A stretch of DNA of 64,000 nt. Source: Gammaproteobacteria bacterium. Its GTDB lineage: Bacteria; Pseudomonadota; Gammaproteobacteria; CBDBNL01; JAAOII01. The notes beneath the pieces are model-generated. The model made no database searches. It was not told the DNA's origin and saw nothing but the letters and a program-made list of their open reading frames with translations. Of this stretch, positions 47,321-58,800 are shown one piece after another (position 1 is the stretch's first letter; each line of letters begins with the position of its first letter). The translations under genes were made by a program, and so were the position numbers. Location: assembly GCA_965209035.1 (NCBI GenBank), contig OZ242372.1, forward strand, positions 320,001 to 384,000, written 5' to 3'.

Positions 47321-48579
47321 TAGAGTTTCCTTGAAAGCCCCATCAAAGAGCGCACCTGACACATGGTCTTCTCGGCTTCTTCGGTCGCCTTGACGGCACC
47401 CTTGTTAAGAACCCTTAGCACCTCGCCCTTGTCGTTGAGATAGGTCTTCAATTTTTGCAAGAAGGGTCGTCGCTGTTCCACAACACTTTCGGTGAGGCGT
47501 TTCTTGCAATCCAGACAACCTATGGTCGCATTGCGACAGCCCGTGTCAACCCATTTCAAAGTTTCCGGTTCGGAGTAAACCTTGTGCCACTCCCAGACGG
47601 GACACTTCTCCGGATTCCCCTTGTCCGTTCGCCGCACACGAGCCGGGTCCGTCGGCATGATGCGTAATTTTTTGGCAATCGTATCCGGCTCGTCGCGCAA
47701 AAGAATGGTGTTTCCGTAGGACTTGGACATTTTGCGTCCGTCTAATCCGGGCATTTTGGCGGCCTCGCTAATCAGAGCCTGCGGGATCGGCATAATGAGT
47801 TTCCCGGTGTCATCCAGATAGCCCAGCAATATGAGTAGATCGTCTTCCTCATAACCGGCATCAATCAAATCTTTGCGCGCCGCCAGATATTCTTCGCGCT
47901 CTCCTTTTTCCAGATATGCGCGGCGACGGCTTTCCAACTTGTCTCTTTGTTCGGCCGGCATCTGTTTGAGTAATGTCTCGCGCCTTTTGATAGTTTGTTT
48001 GGAGTTCCCATACAGCCGATTGAACCTACGAGCAATCTCGCGCGTAATATCAACATGGGCACTCTGATCTTCCCCCACCGGCACCCAGGCGGCTCGGTAC
48101 AGCAAAATATCCGCACTCTGTAACAGAGGATAGCCCAGAAATCCATAAGTGGCAAGGTCTCGATCCTTGATGTTGGCGCGCTGCTCCTTGTAACTGGGTA
48201 TTCGCTCCAACCAGGAAAGAGGAGTAATCATTGAAAGTAAGAGATGCAACTCGGCGTGTTGAGGTAACTGCGACTGACGAAAAATGACGGATCGTTCGGG
48301 GTCCACCCCGGATGCCAGCCAATCGGTCACCATTTCCAGGGTGCTTGCCTGCACCACTTCCGGCGACTCATAGTGCGTGGTTAAGCCGTGCCAATCCGCC
48401 ACAAAGTAAAAACACTGATAGTTGTCTTGCAAGGCGATCCAATTTTTGAGGGCACCGAAGTAGTGTCCCAGATGCAGACTGCCGCTGGCGCGCATGCCGG
48501 ACAGGACACGCCGTTCGGCAAGGTAGCCGCCCGCTCCCGCTTGGCGGTGCCGGTGCTGTTTTTTCGGTGTTGTTGTCAC
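47320..48579 (-). CDS. trpS: Tryptophanyl-tRNA synthetase
   Basis: HLGH, YPLLQ.ADIL, VPVGEDQ and KMSKS. Confidence 0.97.
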   Translation of the reverse strand: MTTTPKKQHRHRQAGAGGYLAERRVLSGMRASGSLHLGHYFGALKNWIALQDNYQCFYFVADWHGLTTHYESPEVVQASTLEMVTDWLASGVDPERSVIFRQSQLPQHAELHLLLSMITPLSWLERIPSYKEQRANIKDRDLATYGFLGYPLLQSADILLYRAAWVPVGEDQSAHVDITREIARRFNRLYGNSKQTIKRRETLLKQMPAEQRDKLESRRRAYLEKGEREEYLAARKDLIDAGYEEDDLLILLGYLDDTGKLIMPIPQALISEAAKMPGLDGRKMSKSYGNTILLRDEPDTIAKKLRIMPTDPARVRRTDKGNPEKCPVWEWHKVYSEPETLKWVDTGCRNATIGCLDCKKRLTESVVEQRRPFLQKLKTYLNDKGEVLRVLNKGAVKATEEAEKTMCQVRSLMGLSRKL

Positions 48580-48679
48580 AGGTGTCTTTTAATGTGTCTT
48601 ATATAAATGTATCTTATAGATATCTCCGGGTCTTACCGAAGGTGCGAAATGATGCACTCCAAAGATCTGCAGTTCGAAG

Positions 48680-49738
48680 TCATGCCGCCAAGATTTTTCG
48701 CAGTGCGCTCATGGTCGGCTTGATGAGGGCGGCATCCGGCACTTTCCCGCCAAGAACCTTGTCGGCATCCTTGAGTCCGTTACCGGTCAAAGTGCATACC
48801 ACCCGACTGCCCTTGGGAATAAAACCGGCTTTGATATCTTTTAGCATTCCCGCCAAAGAAACCGCCGATGAGGTTTCGCAAAAAATCCCTTCCGTTTCCG
48901 CAAGAATGCGGCGCATTTCTATGATCTCGCTGTCCGGGCAAGCCAGAAAGTGTCCGTCCGATTCGGTTACCGCCCTTTGTGCCCCGTCCCAAGATTGCGG
49001 ATTGCCAATACGAATTGCGGTGGCTTCGGTTTCCGGGTTTTGAACCGGTGCTCCCTTTAAGAATGGCGCAGCCCCGCTCGCCTGATAGCCACACATTACG
49101 GGCAGGGACCGGCTTCGGCCGGCATCACGATATTCCCGGTAGCCCATCCAATAGGCGCAGATGTTACCCGCATTTCCCACAGGCAGGCAGTGAAAATTCG
49201 GGGCATCTCCCAGAGTGTCTATAATCTCAAAAGATGCCGTTTTCTGTCCTTGCAATCTGTAAGGATTAACAGAATTGACCAAACTCACGGAAGATTCTCG
49301 CGCATATTCCTTGACGAGCGACATCGCATCGTCAAAATTGCCCTGAATTTGGACAAGATGCGCGCCATGCACGATTGCCTGTGCCAACTTGCCGGCGGCA
49401 ATCTTACCGGAAGGAATGAGAACATAGGACTTGATGCCGGCCCGGGCGGCATAGGCAGCCGCGGAAGCCGATGTGTTACCCGTGGAAGCACAGATAACCG
49501 CCTGTGTGCCTTCCCGCAGAGACTGGGTAACTGCCACCGTCATCCCTCTGTCCTTAAAAGATCCTGTGGGATTCAGCCCTTCAAACTTGGCATGGACTTC
49601 TATACCGGGCGCATATTTGGCGACAAAATTGTTGAGTTTGATCAGAGGAGTGTTCCCTTCGCCCAAACTGATCACCCGTCCTTCCGGGGGATCAAAGCGG
49701 AGAAACTCCTCATATTTATCGATGATACCTGTTCGCAT
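48680..49738 (-). CDS. thrC: Threonine synthase
   Basis: EGLNPTGSFKDRG, CASTGNT, PVGNAGN and TGNGLKD. Start probably ATG 49738. Confidence 0.95.
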   Translation of the reverse strand: MRTGIIDKYEEFLRFDPPEGRVISLGEGNTPLIKLNNFVAKYAPGIEVHAKFEGLNPTGSFKDRGMTVAVTQSLREGTQAVICASTGNTSASAAAYAARAGIKSYVLIPSGKIAAGKLAQAIVHGAHLVQIQGNFDDAMSLVKEYARESSVSLVNSVNPYRLQGQKTASFEIIDTLGDAPNFHCLPVGNAGNICAYWMGYREYRDAGRSRSLPVMCGYQASGAAPFLKGAPVQNPETEATAIRIGNPQSWDGAQRAVTESDGHFLACPDSEIIEMRRILAETEGIFCETSSAVSLAGMLKDIKAGFIPKGSRVVCTLTGNGLKDADKVLGGKVPDAALIKPTMSALRKILAA

Positions 49739-49909
49739 TTGAATTAAAATTATAGGAATAACCGCCGGGATTTCAGGGGAGTACGGACACAAGATACGCA
49801 CAACCAAATAATTGGCAAGGGGTATCTCACTGCCGAACCGCTCTTTTTTACGGAGGTTTAAGATTATAATTTGAGTATGGCGATACTTTGCTTTAATCCG
49901 ACTTCACTT

Positions 49910-49975
49910 TCTATGACACTTTCTATGACACTTCCTGTGACACTTCCTGTGACACTTCCTGCGACAACATGACAC
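49910..49975 (+). repeat. About 5 x 12-bp repeat (TGACACTTCCTG-like) running into a start codon
   Basis: Seen directly; the unit resembles the ATGACAC start of the following gene. Confidence 0.8.
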
Positions 49976-50703
49976 GCATAAAAACACTGGGCATTCTAAA
50001 GACGGGCGAGGTAAAACCCGAATGGCGGCACCAATTTGGTGATTATTCCGAGATGTTCAAAGAACTTTTCCGCAGCGTCATACCTCACCTTGAATTTGAG
50101 GTGTATGATGTTATGAAAGAAGAATATCCGCAGCCGTTGGACCGTTGTGACGGCTACATCATCACCGGCAGCCGCCATGGCGTTTACGAAGACTTTGAAT
50201 GGATTACGACACTCCTTGAACAAATCAATGCCCTGTCCGCGGCCGGTATTCCCCAGGCGGGGATTTGTTTCGGGCATCAGGCATTGGCAACGGCATTTGG
50301 CGGCAAGGTAAAAAAATCCCCCAAGGGCTGGGGTGTCGGGGTGCATGATTATCGGATCCGGGTGCCCGGCAACGGTTGGGAGCCCGGTGAGAGCTTCTCC
50401 ATTCTGGCAACCCATCAGGACCAAGCCATTGAGGCACCGAAGGACGCGGCGGTTCTGGCGGAAAGTGACTTCTGCCCGATTGCGGGTTTGGTCTCCGCCA
50501 AAAAGAAGTTCATCAGTTTTCAAGGACATCCCGAGTTCAGCAGGGAATTTCAAAATAAACTAATGGACTACCGCATCAAAGATATCGGCAAACCTGTGGT
50601 AGAAAAAGCAAGAATCAGTTTGAATAAAAAAACCGATGAGACCCGGATTGCCTCTTCCATACTGAGCTTCGTGGAACTGCACCAAAACAAGAGTTCCGCA
50701 TAG
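49969..50703 (+). CDS. Class I glutamine amidotransferase (GMP-synthase-like)
   Basis: ITGS, GICFGHQ and QGHPE catalytic triad motifs. Confidence 0.93.
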   Translation: MTRIKTLGILKTGEVKPEWRHQFGDYSEMFKELFRSVIPHLEFEVYDVMKEEYPQPLDRCDGYIITGSRHGVYEDFEWITTLLEQINALSAAGIPQAGICFGHQALATAFGGKVKKSPKGWGVGVHDYRIRVPGNGWEPGESFSILATHQDQAIEAPKDAAVLAESDFCPIAGLVSAKKKFISFQGHPEFSREFQNKLMDYRIKDIGKPVVEKARISLNKKTDETRIASSILSFVELHQNKSSA

Positions 50704-50725
50704 GGCGCGGCGGACGAGTTGCGGG

Positions 50726-51667
50726 ATGGTGCACATCAAGAATCCTATTTTGCCGCAAGTCCGAATATGCTATGTGGTGGCTCTGCCGGCCGAAGCGCGT
50801 CCCCTGCTGGAAGCGGAAAAATGGACTCAAATCGCGGTGCGCCCTTTTCGTATTTATCGGACCGAACACAAAGCGATGATTATCAGCGGTATCGGCAGAA
50901 TTCGGGCGGCCGCGGCAACCGCGTACCTTGGGGGACGGGTCGCAGCCAAGAATATCCCGTGGATCAACTTTGGCATAGCGGGACATATGGACGCGCCTGT
51001 GGGAAAGGGGTTTTCGGTCAGTAAGATCACCGACAGACAAGAGCGCAAAAACTATTACCCGCTGCGGATTGCCACCAAAAACACCTCCGTATTGTCTTGC
51101 TTTGACCTTCCGCAAAAAGAATATCCGCCGAACACTCTGGCGGATATGGAGTCCGCGGGTTTCTTCCCGACCGCATCGCTCTTCACCTATCACGAACTCA
51201 TTCATCTGTATAAGGTTGTCTCGGACAATACGCGCCATGCCTTTCAAGCGGAAAAAGTTTGTAGTCTAGTCGGAGAACACCTGGAATCTTTGAACGAAAT
51301 CGGGCGGATAGCGGGAGGTCTGGCGGAACGACATCTGACACAAGGGAACCAAATGGAACAAGAGGTTGCCGACTGGTTGGACCGGGCGGCGGAAATCTGG
51401 CATATTGGCTTTACGGAACGCCACGCGCTTGCGGATGTTTTGCGTCAGTGGTTTGTTTTACGGTTTACCGGGAACAGCCAAAGCGGAAACGCCGAAGATG
51501 CCGGCATACCGACACCCGCCACTGACAAGGAATTAAACTCTCCGTTCGCTATGTTGGATGACAAGTGGCAACCGATTAAAGAAGTTGGCGACTTCATCGG
51601 AATATTAAAAACCGAATTGCGGTCGACAACTGCTCGGGCAACCGGTTCGACATCCGCGAAACCATAA
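50726..51667 (+). CDS. Nucleoside phosphorylase/MTA nucleosidase-like protein
   Basis: VAL..EA, SGIG, IN.GIAG, DMES and KVVSDN. Confidence 0.8.
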   Translation: MVHIKNPILPQVRICYVVALPAEARPLLEAEKWTQIAVRPFRIYRTEHKAMIISGIGRIRAAAATAYLGGRVAAKNIPWINFGIAGHMDAPVGKGFSVSKITDRQERKNYYPLRIATKNTSVLSCFDLPQKEYPPNTLADMESAGFFPTASLFTYHELIHLYKVVSDNTRHAFQAEKVCSLVGEHLESLNEIGRIAGGLAERHLTQGNQMEQEVADWLDRAAEIWHIGFTERHALADVLRQWFVLRFTGNSQSGNAEDAGIPTPATDKELNSPFAMLDDKWQPIKEVGDFIGILKTELRSTTARATGSTSAKP

Positions 51668-51696
51668 AAACAGAGACGGACAGGAAAGAACGATAA

Positions 51697-52776
51697 GTGG
51701 AAAGCCCGCAACTTGCAACAACAGCGACAGAAGCCGACAGCCGCCCGAAGATTCGGCAGCCGCTATCCGGCAACCCGTTCGGCAGAACACTTTACATTGA
51801 AGAGGCTATTGCCGCACATCCGGCCGTGCGACGGATCCGCGCACAATTTGGCAAGGAACCGGATGCGGTTGTTTATTGCGAGAACTACCGGGAAGTATTC
51901 AACCCGAGAAACAAGCACTTTCGTATGCGTAAGGAGGCACCCGCCTTACTCTTGGCACATAAGCCCAAGAGTTGGGTGCAACCCAGCCCTTACGGCATAG
52001 GCGGGCAGCATAACTACTATTTTTCGCATATCCTGAACTGCATTTACGATTGCCGGTATTGTTTTTTGCAAGGTCTTTACAGTTCCGCTATTTTGGTGCT
52101 GTTTGTTAATTACGAAGATTTTTTTGCCGACATAGACAAGACCCTTTGCCGGCATCCGCAGGAAGAAGTATCATTTTTCTCCGGCTATGATTCCGATTCC
52201 TTGGCATACGAGCCTGTCACGCATTTTGTCTCCGCATTTCTGCCTTTTTTTGAAAGCCGGCCGCGCGCCCTGCTGGAACTTCGCACCAAGAGTGTTCAGG
52301 TTCAACCTCTTCTTACAAGGAGTGCCATCGCGAACTGTGTGGTAGCCTTCAGTCTGGCGCCTCAATCCGTGGTCACCGCCTATGAAGCCAAGACCCCCTC
52401 TTTGGAGAAAAGACTGGAATCTATGGAAAAATTGGCGCAGGCGGGTTGGCAAATCGGTATTCGTTTGGATCCAATCATACCGATGACCGAATGGAAGAAT
52501 GACTATGCCGACCTGATCCGACAGTTGGGAAAGAGATTACCCGAACACCGGGTGCATTCGGTAACTCTGGGGACCTTGCGTTTTCCGATGTTCATTTACA
52601 AAAATATGCGCAAGATTTATCCGACCGAAAAATTGTTTGTTGAAAATATCGTAACCGACAAAAAACAACAGGCCGTTTTTGAACCGAAATTGGCACAAGA
52701 AATAACCGAATTTTGTCTGCACCATCTTGCCGATTACTACCCGGCGGAGAAAGTGATCCGAACGGATGGCGAATAG
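51697..52776 (+). CDS. Spore photoproduct lyase-family radical SAM protein
   Basis: CIYDCRYCFLQG (CxxxCxxC), ELRTKS, RL and DPII. Confidence 0.85.
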   Translation: MESPQLATTATEADSRPKIRQPLSGNPFGRTLYIEEAIAAHPAVRRIRAQFGKEPDAVVYCENYREVFNPRNKHFRMRKEAPALLLAHKPKSWVQPSPYGIGGQHNYYFSHILNCIYDCRYCFLQGLYSSAILVLFVNYEDFFADIDKTLCRHPQEEVSFFSGYDSDSLAYEPVTHFVSAFLPFFESRPRALLELRTKSVQVQPLLTRSAIANCVVAFSLAPQSVVTAYEAKTPSLEKRLESMEKLAQAGWQIGIRLDPIIPMTEWKNDYADLIRQLGKRLPEHRVHSVTLGTLRFPMFIYKNMRKIYPTEKLFVENIVTDKKQQAVFEPKLAQEITEFCLHHLADYYPAEKVIRTDGE

Positions 52777-52799
52777 CGGGCTGTGATAAAATAGTTTCA

Positions 52800-53168
52800 A
52801 TGGCAAGAGCCCGCAAGTTACCAAGAGCCCGCAAGCAAACGAAGTCGTCTTACCGATTATGGAAAATTCTTGCCTCTCTTATTTTTTTTGCAGTCATAGT
52901 TTACAATCTTTATGGTATTTTTCGCGGCGACGAGAACTTATTATTACTCCTTAAATTACAAAAAGAAAGCGAGAACTTGCAGACTACCATTTCGCAATTG
53001 GAGCAAAACAACAAAGAATTAAAGAATTATATTCAAGAATTACGCAATAACCCGGATCTGATTGAAGAAGAAGTGCGTTCTCGCCTGAATCTTATCAAAG
53101 AAAACGAAGAACTTTTTGTTTTACCGGAAACTTCCAAAAACAAGAAAAACCTCCAAAAAACCAACTGA
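52800..53168 (+). CDS. ftsB: Cell division protein FtsB/DivIC
   Basis: Short N-terminus, TM helix, coiled coil N..L...I..L and IEE..R..L.LIK.NE. Start is ATG 52800. Confidence 0.85.
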   Translation: MARARKLPRARKQTKSSYRLWKILASLIFFAVIVYNLYGIFRGDENLLLLLKLQKESENLQTTISQLEQNNKELKNYIQELRNNPDLIEEEVRSRLNLIKENEELFVLPETSKNKKNLQKTN

Positions 53169-53192
53169 ACACTCTGCCGATGGGCGGCAGGC

Positions 53193-53624
53193 TTACCTTT
53201 TCAGTCTTTCGCGAATACGTCGGATTGTTTTTAACTGTGCCAGAGATTCCGCCAGTCTTGTCTTTGCCAAGGCTGTTTCGTAATCCGCCAACTTCTCTTG
53301 ATCGGCAAGTGCCTCGGCTGCTTGACGGCGTGCTTCTTCGGCTGCCTTCATATCCAAACCCGTTTCGCGAACCGCCTCATCCGCAAGGATATGAATCCCG
53401 TCCGGCTTGACTTCAAGAAATCCGCCGCTAATGTAAAAGATCATCTCCTCGCCATCCAACTTGCGTAACTGAACGGGACCCGGCACCAACTCTGTCAGAA
53501 GCGGCGCATGCCCGGGTAAAATACCCAATTCGCCCTGCGTTCCTACGGCAACCAGGCTTTCTATTTCGCCTTGGTAGATTTCTTCGCGGACACTGGTGAT
53601 GAAGCACCGAAATTCTTTTTTCAT
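53193..53624 (-). CDS. atpC: F1 ATP synthase epsilon subunit
   Basis: GELGILPGHAPL, SGGFLEV and helical C-terminus. Confidence 0.95.
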   Translation of the reverse strand: MKKEFRCFITSVREEIYQGEIESLVAVGTQGELGILPGHAPLLTELVPGPVQLRKLDGEEMIFYISGGFLEVKPDGIHILADEAVRETGLDMKAAEEARRQAAEALADQEKLADYETALAKTRLAESLAQLKTIRRIRERLKR

Positions 53625-53650
53625 TGAGGTTATTTTACAACAGATTAATT

Positions 53651-53685
53651 AAAAACGCCCGGCAAAACTAGGTTTTACCGGGCGT
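53651..53685 (-). terminator. Rho-independent terminator of groESL
   Basis: Minus strand ACGCCCGGTAAAAC-cta-GTTTTGCCGGGCGT followed by TTTT. Confidence 0.85.
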
Positions 53686-53705
53686 GGGATGGTAATGATT
53701 CTGTT

Positions 53706-55349
<1,644 letters not shown>

Positions 55350-55422
55350 TTAATTTCTCCTATGTATGAATGATTAATATTTTTTGTTTTTTTATTTTTT
55401 TAATGATGTTTTTGATAACGAT

Positions 55423-55713
55423 TTATTTGGTAATAACACCGTAAATATCGCTCTCGCTCATGATGAGGACTTCTTCCCCGTCTAACTTGAACGAATTGCC
55501 GGCATATTGACCAAACACTACCAGGTCACCCACTTTGATATCCATGGGTTGAACTTGGCCGTTATCCAATTTTTTGCCCTCGCCTACTGCGAGAACTTTC
55601 CCCTGTTGGGGTTTTTCCGTGGCACTATCGGGTATAACGATACCGCCACTGCTTTTAGTTTCCGCCTCTATGCGGCGAACAACTACTTTGTCTTGTAAGG
55701 GACGAACTTGCAT
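55423..55713 (-). CDS. groS: Co-chaperonin GroES
   Basis: RPLQD.V and GGIVIPD.A.EKP. Confidence 0.99.
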   Translation of the reverse strand: MQVRPLQDKVVVRRIEAETKSSGGIVIPDSATEKPQQGKVLAVGEGKKLDNGQVQPMDIKVGDLVVFGQYAGNSFKLDGEEVLIMSESDIYGVITK

Positions 55714-55776
55714 AAATTAAATTACTCCTGTGATTGATTTTTAAGTTGTAATAAAAGTTTCTAACTATGTAATTAG

Positions 55777-55804
55777 TATAAGAAACCTACTGCGGTTTTT
55801 CAAG
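55777..55804 (-). promoter_or_regulatory. Possible sigma32-type promoter of groESL
   Basis: Minus strand CTTGAAA -35; the -10 (TTCTTATA) matches CCCCAT only poorly. Confidence 0.4.
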
Positions 55805-55839
55805 TCCCTAACCGCTATTTTGTTCCGTTTTTTATTTTT

Positions 55840-58800
55840 TTACGGGTTACGGGAGGACTGTGCTTGCCATTGAGCCGCCGGGGTGTCCGGTGTGCAGGTA
55901 AGAACCGGATATTGCGAACTGTTGCCAAGGTTCCATGCTTGAATAAATCCTGTCTCCGCGGGAGGAGTTTGAAGCACCCGGAAGTCGCCTGTTTGCGGAT
56001 CACACCAAAAATTGCCCCAACTCTCATAAAGAGAGCCGCCAAATCCTGTGGCATTGTCCGGTTGACGCAGAGCCTCGGTGGACCTGCCCGCATCCCGATC
56101 ACCCGGAAAAGTATTGATGACAGTCCCCATGTTCACCTGATTATCCCAATAAGAATTGACAATCGCCGCCACCTCATCGGGACTCGCGGAAACTCCGACA
56201 AGACCGCCTCTGGTATGAGGCGACGCCGATGACATTGAAATCAATTCACCGGTAACCGCATAAGAAGCATTGATTGTGATCTTAGGATCCTCAAAGACAT
56301 CTCCCACAAGTCCGCCGCCTAAGGGCGGCGATGCGGAAGAAGTAAAGATCTGTCCGCTCTTTGCATAGGAAGCAAGAATATTAATGGGACCGGCAACGTA
56401 TCCTATCAATCCCCCCGCAGGACCATTAGTGGCAGAAACATTAATACTACCGATGTCCGCATAAGAACCTTCTATAGAACCCAGTTTCCCTTGGTTTACT
56501 TGTCCTACCAAGCCACCAACATTCCGTCCTCCTTTTAAAGACCCGCCGCGCGCATAAGAAGCCACAATGCTAACAATGTCAGACGCCAAAAGAGGGTCTC
56601 CTCCGGGATGTGGTCCGGCGGCAATGCCTATCAAACCGCCAAGGTTGTCATTGTTAAAGCTATGAATTGCGGACAATTCGCCGAAGTGAGCGGAAGAACG
56701 AACAATGCGAACACTCGTTTTACGGGCTCCCGAGGTAGAGCCGAGCAACCCGCCAACCCCACCTTGTCCTGTCGACAGGTTTCCTCCAACCCGAACATTG
56801 TCAATGTCCAAACTACCGGCATCCACATGCCCGACCAGCATTCCGACGGCACTCTTTGTAATGCCCGTGATACTTACATCTGTCAGACGCAAGTTCTTGA
56901 TCACGCTATCGGCAACCGCACCAAACAAGCCCGTGCCTTTAATGTCTCTTCCATTGATGTAAAGACCGGCAATCGTCTCCCCGTTGCCGTCAAATATTCC
57001 TGAAAACGAAGAACAAGAAGTAGTAGTAGAACAACCGCCTATCGGCTCCCACCCCACTCCGCCAGTCCAGCGCGGCATATTCGCACCCGCGTTCTCATAG
57101 GAAGCACTGCTCGCAAAATCCAAAGAACGCGTCAATTCATAGCCAACACAGCCGCCGACCATCGGGCAACCTTGTGATTTGTCAACCGTGAGATCCGGAT
57201 GACTTCCGTCATCTATACCGTCCCCATCGAGATCGTCATTGAGTGCGGCAAGTTCTTCCAAAGTATCAATTTCAATCAGACCGTTGCCGTTGTTATCCGA
57301 ATCAAAAGAGATCACACAGCCGTCGCCGTCCATATCCACCACCTCACTGTGCCGCCGTCTCTCCCCTACTCCCCCGGTCCCTCTTATACCGTTCGGGCAG
57401 GCATCACACAGATTTCCCAAACTGTCCGAGTCCATATCCGCCTGATCATTATTCGGAACCAATGGGCAATTATCTTCGCTATCCAGCCAGCCGTCATTGT
57501 CATCGTTATTGTCACACACATCGCCGCCGTCCGTCAACCCGTCCGCATTGGCTTGAGTCGGGTTGAATACGAACTGACAGTTGTCCCGCGTATCCGGGAT
57601 TTCGTCATTATCATCGTCATCGTCACAGGCATCGCCCAAAGCATCTCCGTCCGTATTTATCTGATCATTCACAATCAACGGGCAATTGTCTGTGCTATCC
57701 GACCGGCCGTCGTTATCATCGTCCCCGTCACACGCATCGCCCATCCCATCGCCGTCCGTATCTGTTTGATCATTATTTATAACCAACCGGCAATTGTCGT
57801 CGCCATCCAACCGTTCGTCATTATCATCGTTATCATCACATACATCGCCCTCGCCGTCTCGGTCGGTATTCCTTTGATCCCGATTCGCAATCGCCCGACA
57901 ATTGTCCGCAGTATCCGGCCGGCCGTCATCGTCGTCATCATCATCATCTATGTCCGCCAGTTCGTCTCCGTCGGTATTACGTCCCGGGGCCCGTTCCAAT
58001 CCGGCGGGCGGAGACACAGTTCCGTCCTCATAAATGGCGATGACCTCAAACTCATGCACCACATCATTCGTCAGGCCTTCAATGCTGTGAGAGACCCGGG
58101 CAAACGCAGCGGTATTGTCCGGGGTCGGGGTGCCGGCGACGGGGACCACCGCACGTCGTGTCCTGTTATTTATATGCTCCCAGGTGATATTAAATGAAGC
58201 AATATCCCGCCTGTTCGGATTATCCCAACTCAGCAACATACTGCCCATGCCCGGTATCCCGTTCAATTGACTAATAGAAGTATACCTATCGCCTCCCTTT
58301 GCCCATTGATGCGCCGGGGTGTCCGGCGTGCAGGCGAGTACGGGATAGAGCGCCTCGCTTCCAAAATTCCATGCCCGAACAAAACGCGCATCCGGCGGGG
58401 CAGTTTGAGTTACCAAAAAATCGCCTGTTTGCGGATCACACCAGTAGTCCGCCCAGTTTGCATAAATGCCCGCAAAACCGGATCGATTGTTCGGACGCCG
58501 CAAATCATCGGCAGACCTGCCCGCCTCCGCTTGAAAAATATTCTCCGGGGCCACACTGCTGAATAAACTCTGATTATCCCAGTAGGAGTCGCCAATGTTA
58601 ATGTCCGCATTCGTGCCGGCAATACTCACCAAGCCCGCTTTGGCAACCTGTGCGGATCGCAAGCGTCCAAATGTCGCATAAGACGCATTGACCCGTGCCA
58701 CAGAATCGTCAAAGACCCCCGCAAACCCATGCACACTGCCTCCCTTCGCATCAACTTGTCCTATTTTGGCGTATGAAGCCTCAATACGAACATTCCGCAC

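Noticed and set aside
47780-48010. Insertion in TrpS as a novelty
   Set aside because: As far as I recall, similar insertions occur in a known proteobacterial TrpS subgroup.
55714-55839. CIRCE operator upstream of groES
   Set aside because: No TTAGCACTC-N9-GAGTGCTAA present.
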